Below are positions 60,872 to 64,000 of a DNA stretch of 64,000 bases, piece after piece; within the stretch, counting starts at the first letter, position 1, and every line of letters begins with the position of its first letter. Made by a program: the position numbers and the translations under genes. This DNA is from a virus. Taxonomy: Duplodnaviria; Caudoviricetes. A model generated the notes under the pieces. The model was not told the DNA's origin. It did not search any database and saw only the letters and a program-made list of their open reading frames with translations. The DNA is taken from IMG/VR virus record IMGVR_UViG_3300020577_014021. The stretch is one strand, 5' to 3'.

Positions 60872-62980
60872 CTAAAAATTAGTCACAATCTCAGATTTGC
60901 CATTATTTTTAATAACTGTAATAATTTTATCAAAAGCTTCATTTAAATCATTTGTATGTTCAACTAAAATTATTAATTTATCTTGTGCAATTTTTTTTAA
61001 AAAATCTAATGATTCCATCTTTGAATGAATATCCATAGCATCAAAAGGTTCATCATATATCATCCACCCAAAAGATTTCCCAGAACGCTGGGATAAAATT
61101 TGGCCTATAGCTACATCTATAGCTAGATTAATAGCACATCTCTCTCCACCTGACAACATTTTAAATGGTCTTTCTTGACCTTTTTGGAAAATTTTAAGCG
61201 TTATTCCACGTTTTACATTACCTTTTTGAGTAACTTTCTCAGTTTCAAATTCAATTCTAAAACTACTGGCATTAGGAATGTTTTTTAAAAAAACATTAGC
61301 CATCATACTAATACCCTGAAGCAATTCTTCAAAAATCAAGGAAAAAAAATTGTCTTTACCTAAACAATTAATTACTTCCATTTCAAAAATATTTTGCTTA
61401 CCTAATTTACAAAGTTCATTTTGAACAAACAATAATTCATTTGCTTTGGTTTTAGATAACACAGAAGAAATTTGAGAATTAAGATCTTGAATAATTTTAT
61501 TATTACGTTCAAGCTTACTTTTATAATGTGCAATTTTATTATCAAGTTCTTGTTTTTCTAATTCTTTTTTATGTTGCAATTCAATTGAAACATTTGCAAT
61601 CATATGATCGATATCTTTTAATTTTCTTTGATGAAATGATTCAAGTTCTAAAACTTGTCTCTCCAAATTTCCTTTTTTAATTTCAAATTCAGAAAAAAGC
61701 TTTTCACGATTATTTTTAAATTCTTTTATTTTTAAATGTACATTTAAAAGAAATTCAAATCTTTTTTGTTTTTCTCTTAGTTCTAACAAAGACTTATCTT
61801 TGTTTTTTTTCTCATTGATAAGTTGTTCTAGATATACCTTATCCTTCTTTTGAATATCCCTAATTTTATCTTTAATCTGATTCAATAATTCAGTATTTGC
61901 AACCCATTGTTGATTACATGTATAACAAATGTTACCAGTCAAAGATTGAAACTTATTTAATAATTCAGGCACTTGAGCTTTTTCTTTTTCAATAGTATCA
62001 ATATTTTTTTGTAATTGATTAACTACAGAAGATATTATTTCGATTTCTTTAACAATAGATGTAATGGCCTGTTTTATCTCTTCAATATTAGAATTTTTAT
62101 TCTTGAAAATCTCTTCCAATTCTTTTGTTTGTTCTTCATTCATTTTCAACTGATGCAAAAATTCATTACTTGAATTTTCTTGAGTTATTTTCAGTTTTTC
62201 TTTTTTATTTTGATATTCATCAATTAATTTGTTTTTTTCAATTAACAAATTTTTTGTCATAGATTTAAACAAAACTGGATCTACTAAACCAACGTCTATC
62301 TGACTTAGTTCTTCAATAGTTTTTTGTAACTGAACATTCTCAAGAGAATACATTACACTCTTATTTTTTAATTCTTCTTTACAATCAAATAATACTTTGT
62401 TTTCTCTTTCATAATATTCAGCCAACATTTTTTTTTCATCAATTGTTTTATTAATATCTTTCAACCTTGATTGTGCCTCTGTCAAAATCTTTTCTAATTG
62501 AGAAAAATCCAACAATCCTGACAAAAATTCAGATTTATCAGTATTATTTAAAGATAAAAAATTACCAAAAACGCCCTGTGGACGATAAGTCATAAAAGAA
62601 ATCAATTCAGGTGTGTTTATTAAACGTTTCAAAAAATCTTTTGTTTGAGCAGATTTGTAAACAACCAAACCATCTCTTACTTCATATAGCCCTGAACCTC
62701 TCGTAATAACATATTCTTGTCCGTCAACTTCAAACCACAAAACAACCTTGAAATCTTCTTCTGAAGACCAATTTTTAAGTTCTGTAGCTGGTGAATCACA
62801 ATAATCAAAAGCATAAGCAATTGCTTCAAGCAAAGAAGATTTCCCAGCCCCATTTGAAGACGCTGTATTATTATTACAGCATCCTTTTAAAGACACAAGG
62901 CCATGTTCTGGAAAAACCAATTCATGTTCACCAGAAAAAGATAAAAAGTTTTTTATGTATATTTTTTTTAAAGTAAGCAT
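60872..62980 (-). CDS. Rad50/SbcC-like ATPase
   Basis: NGAGKSS Walker A, CYTC zinc hook, LSGGE signature, DEPF. Confidence 0.92.
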   Translation of the reverse strand: MLTLKKIYIKNFLSFSGEHELVFPEHGLVSLKGCCNNNTASSNGAGKSSLLEAIAYAFDYCDSPATELKNWSSEEDFKVVLWFEVDGQEYVITRGSGLYEVRDGLVVYKSAQTKDFLKRLINTPELISFMTYRPQGVFGNFLSLNNTDKSEFLSGLLDFSQLEKILTEAQSRLKDINKTIDEKKMLAEYYERENKVLFDCKEELKNKSVMYSLENVQLQKTIEELSQIDVGLVDPVLFKSMTKNLLIEKNKLIDEYQNKKEKLKITQENSSNEFLHQLKMNEEQTKELEEIFKNKNSNIEEIKQAITSIVKEIEIISSVVNQLQKNIDTIEKEKAQVPELLNKFQSLTGNICYTCNQQWVANTELLNQIKDKIRDIQKKDKVYLEQLINEKKNKDKSLLELREKQKRFEFLLNVHLKIKEFKNNREKLFSEFEIKKGNLERQVLELESFHQRKLKDIDHMIANVSIELQHKKELEKQELDNKIAHYKSKLERNNKIIQDLNSQISSVLSKTKANELLFVQNELCKLGKQNIFEMEVINCLGKDNFFSLIFEELLQGISMMANVFLKNIPNASSFRIEFETEKVTQKGNVKRGITLKIFQKGQERPFKMLSGGERCAINLAIDVAIGQILSQRSGKSFGWMIYDEPFDAMDIHSKMESLDFLKKIAQDKLIILVEHTNDLNEAFDKIITVIKNNGKSEIVTNF

Positions 62981-63348
62981 TAATGTATCTCAATTTTATT
63001 TTTTTTAATAATTCTATTTAATTGTTCATCTCTATTTTGAACACTATAACACATAACATCATATATCAAATTATGATAAGAAGCAATTGAACGTAAAGAT
63101 AAAGCCATGTTTTGTAAAAAACACATAGCTTTTTGTAAATCCGTTTTATTGGATTGTGATAAAACTAAACGATTACTTTTGATTAATAAAAATTTTTCGC
63201 CACCGTCTGAGATATAATACTGCATCTGAGTTGGTTCTTTTTCATCAATATAAAAATCATACACAATAAAATCATTACCAGGCATACCCAATGATTTTTC
63301 ATGTTCTGTAAATTGTACAATATCCCCACGAAAAAAATTATAACTCAT
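62980..63348 (-). CDS. hypothetical protein
   Basis: ORF track. Confidence 0.6.
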   Translation of the reverse strand: MSYNFFRGDIVQFTEHEKSLGMPGNDFIVYDFYIDEKEPTQMQYYISDGGEKFLLIKSNRLVLSQSNKTDLQKAMCFLQNMALSLRSIASYHNLIYDVMCYSVQNRDEQLNRIIKKNKIEIH

Positions 63349-63361
63349 ATAAACTATTATA

Positions 63362-63619
63362 CTATTTTAATTTTTTTCCTAATTTCATTTTACGACTTGC
63401 ATCTTTTATCTCAATCACTTTCTTTTCATCATATTCAACAGCTTTTTCCATCTGACCATTATCAATAATTTGAACTGAATTAGTTGTTGGTCCATTCATC
63501 ACACGCTTTAATGCACCATTACATACCTGACAAGCATAATGCCTTTGCATTTTTTCTTTAGGTGTAACTAATATTTTACTATCTTTAACACATGTATCAC
63601 AAAAAAAATTTAAAATCAT
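63362..63619 (-). CDS. Zn-ribbon protein (FmdB-like)
   Basis: FFCDTC...CQVCNGALKR. Confidence 0.6.
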   Translation of the reverse strand: MILNFFCDTCVKDSKILVTPKEKMQRHYACQVCNGALKRVMNGPTTNSVQIIDNGQMEKAVEYDEKKVIEIKDASRKMKLGKKLK

Positions 63620-63642
63620 ATACTTAGCCTTTCACACCGAGA

Positions 63643-63999
63643 TTAAGTTTGATAGGTAGTCAATTCGTATTTTAAATTTTCTTCTAATTCTTGCTGTTCT
63701 TTTTCTGCCTGTTTTATCTTATCTGTTTCATAATGATAATCTAATGCCTGGGTACGTTCTAAATCTTCATCACGGCCAAATACTACCACACCACCTAAAG
63801 TACCAAGTAAAGACGAAATAGCAATAGCAGAACGTAAAGCTTCAGTAACAGCTGGTTGACTATCTAATAAACCAATTTCTAATGCATCACCAAATTGATT
63901 ATTTAAAGCATCATATACCTGATCTGGATTTCTTAACAATTGCTCCATAATTGATTTAATTTCATTAATATTCATTCCACAATTCGTTAAAAGCCAAAT
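63643..63999 (-). CDS. GroEL-like chaperonin, C-terminal part; runs off the window end
   Basis: Frame open to the edge: LLTNCG...VYDALNNQFGDALEIGLLDSQPAVTEALRSAIAISSLLGT resembles the cpn60 C-terminal equatorial motif. Confidence 0.75.
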   Translation of the reverse strand: MWLLTNCGMNINEIKSIMEQLLRNPDQVYDALNNQFGDALEIGLLDSQPAVTEALRSAIAISSLLGTLGGVVVFGRDEDLERTQALDYHYETDKIKQAEKEQQELEENLKYELTTYQT

Positions 64000-64000
64000 A

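Noticed and set aside
1-64000. CRISPR array, integrase, transposase or reverse transcriptase
   Set aside because: No regularly spaced repeats or recognisable motifs for these were seen by eye

Overview
AT-rich (roughly 25-30% GC by eye) segment of a large tailed dsDNA phage genome with an SPO1/Twort-type major capsid protein; the host cannot be identified from the sequence. Layout: 1-2925, minus-strand genes including the 5' part of a Type III R-M Mod methyltransferase. ~2390-3680, mostly non-coding strand-switch region with IHF-like sites and degenerate inverted symmetry (candidate terminus/origin). 3686-31404, plus-strand early/accessory region of small ORFs with strong sigma70-type promoters, six tRNAs, a caspase-like protease, Dam-type MTase, DUF262 protein and GMP reductase. 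31690-44946, minus-strand head module (MCP, scaffold-like protein, protease, F-like protein, portal, TerL). 45251-64000, minus-strand replication/nucleotide module (Mre11/Rad50, GroES, sigma factor, PHP-only DnaE, ThyX, RNA ligase, class II RNR, RuvC-like, SSB, partial GroEL). Three inteins are present. The most striking signal is a set of three dispersed tRNA-shaped ncRNAs (20900-21033 +, 36669-36809 -, 50591-50786 -). Each keeps an acceptor stem, a UGGGAA-containing D-arm and a canonical T-arm, but replaces the anticodon/variable region with a large unrelated structured insert. There is also an atypical tRNA-Ile(AAU) and a GCTGAAA motif recurring in 5' leaders. All protein calls are from motif recognition by eye; no database search was run.
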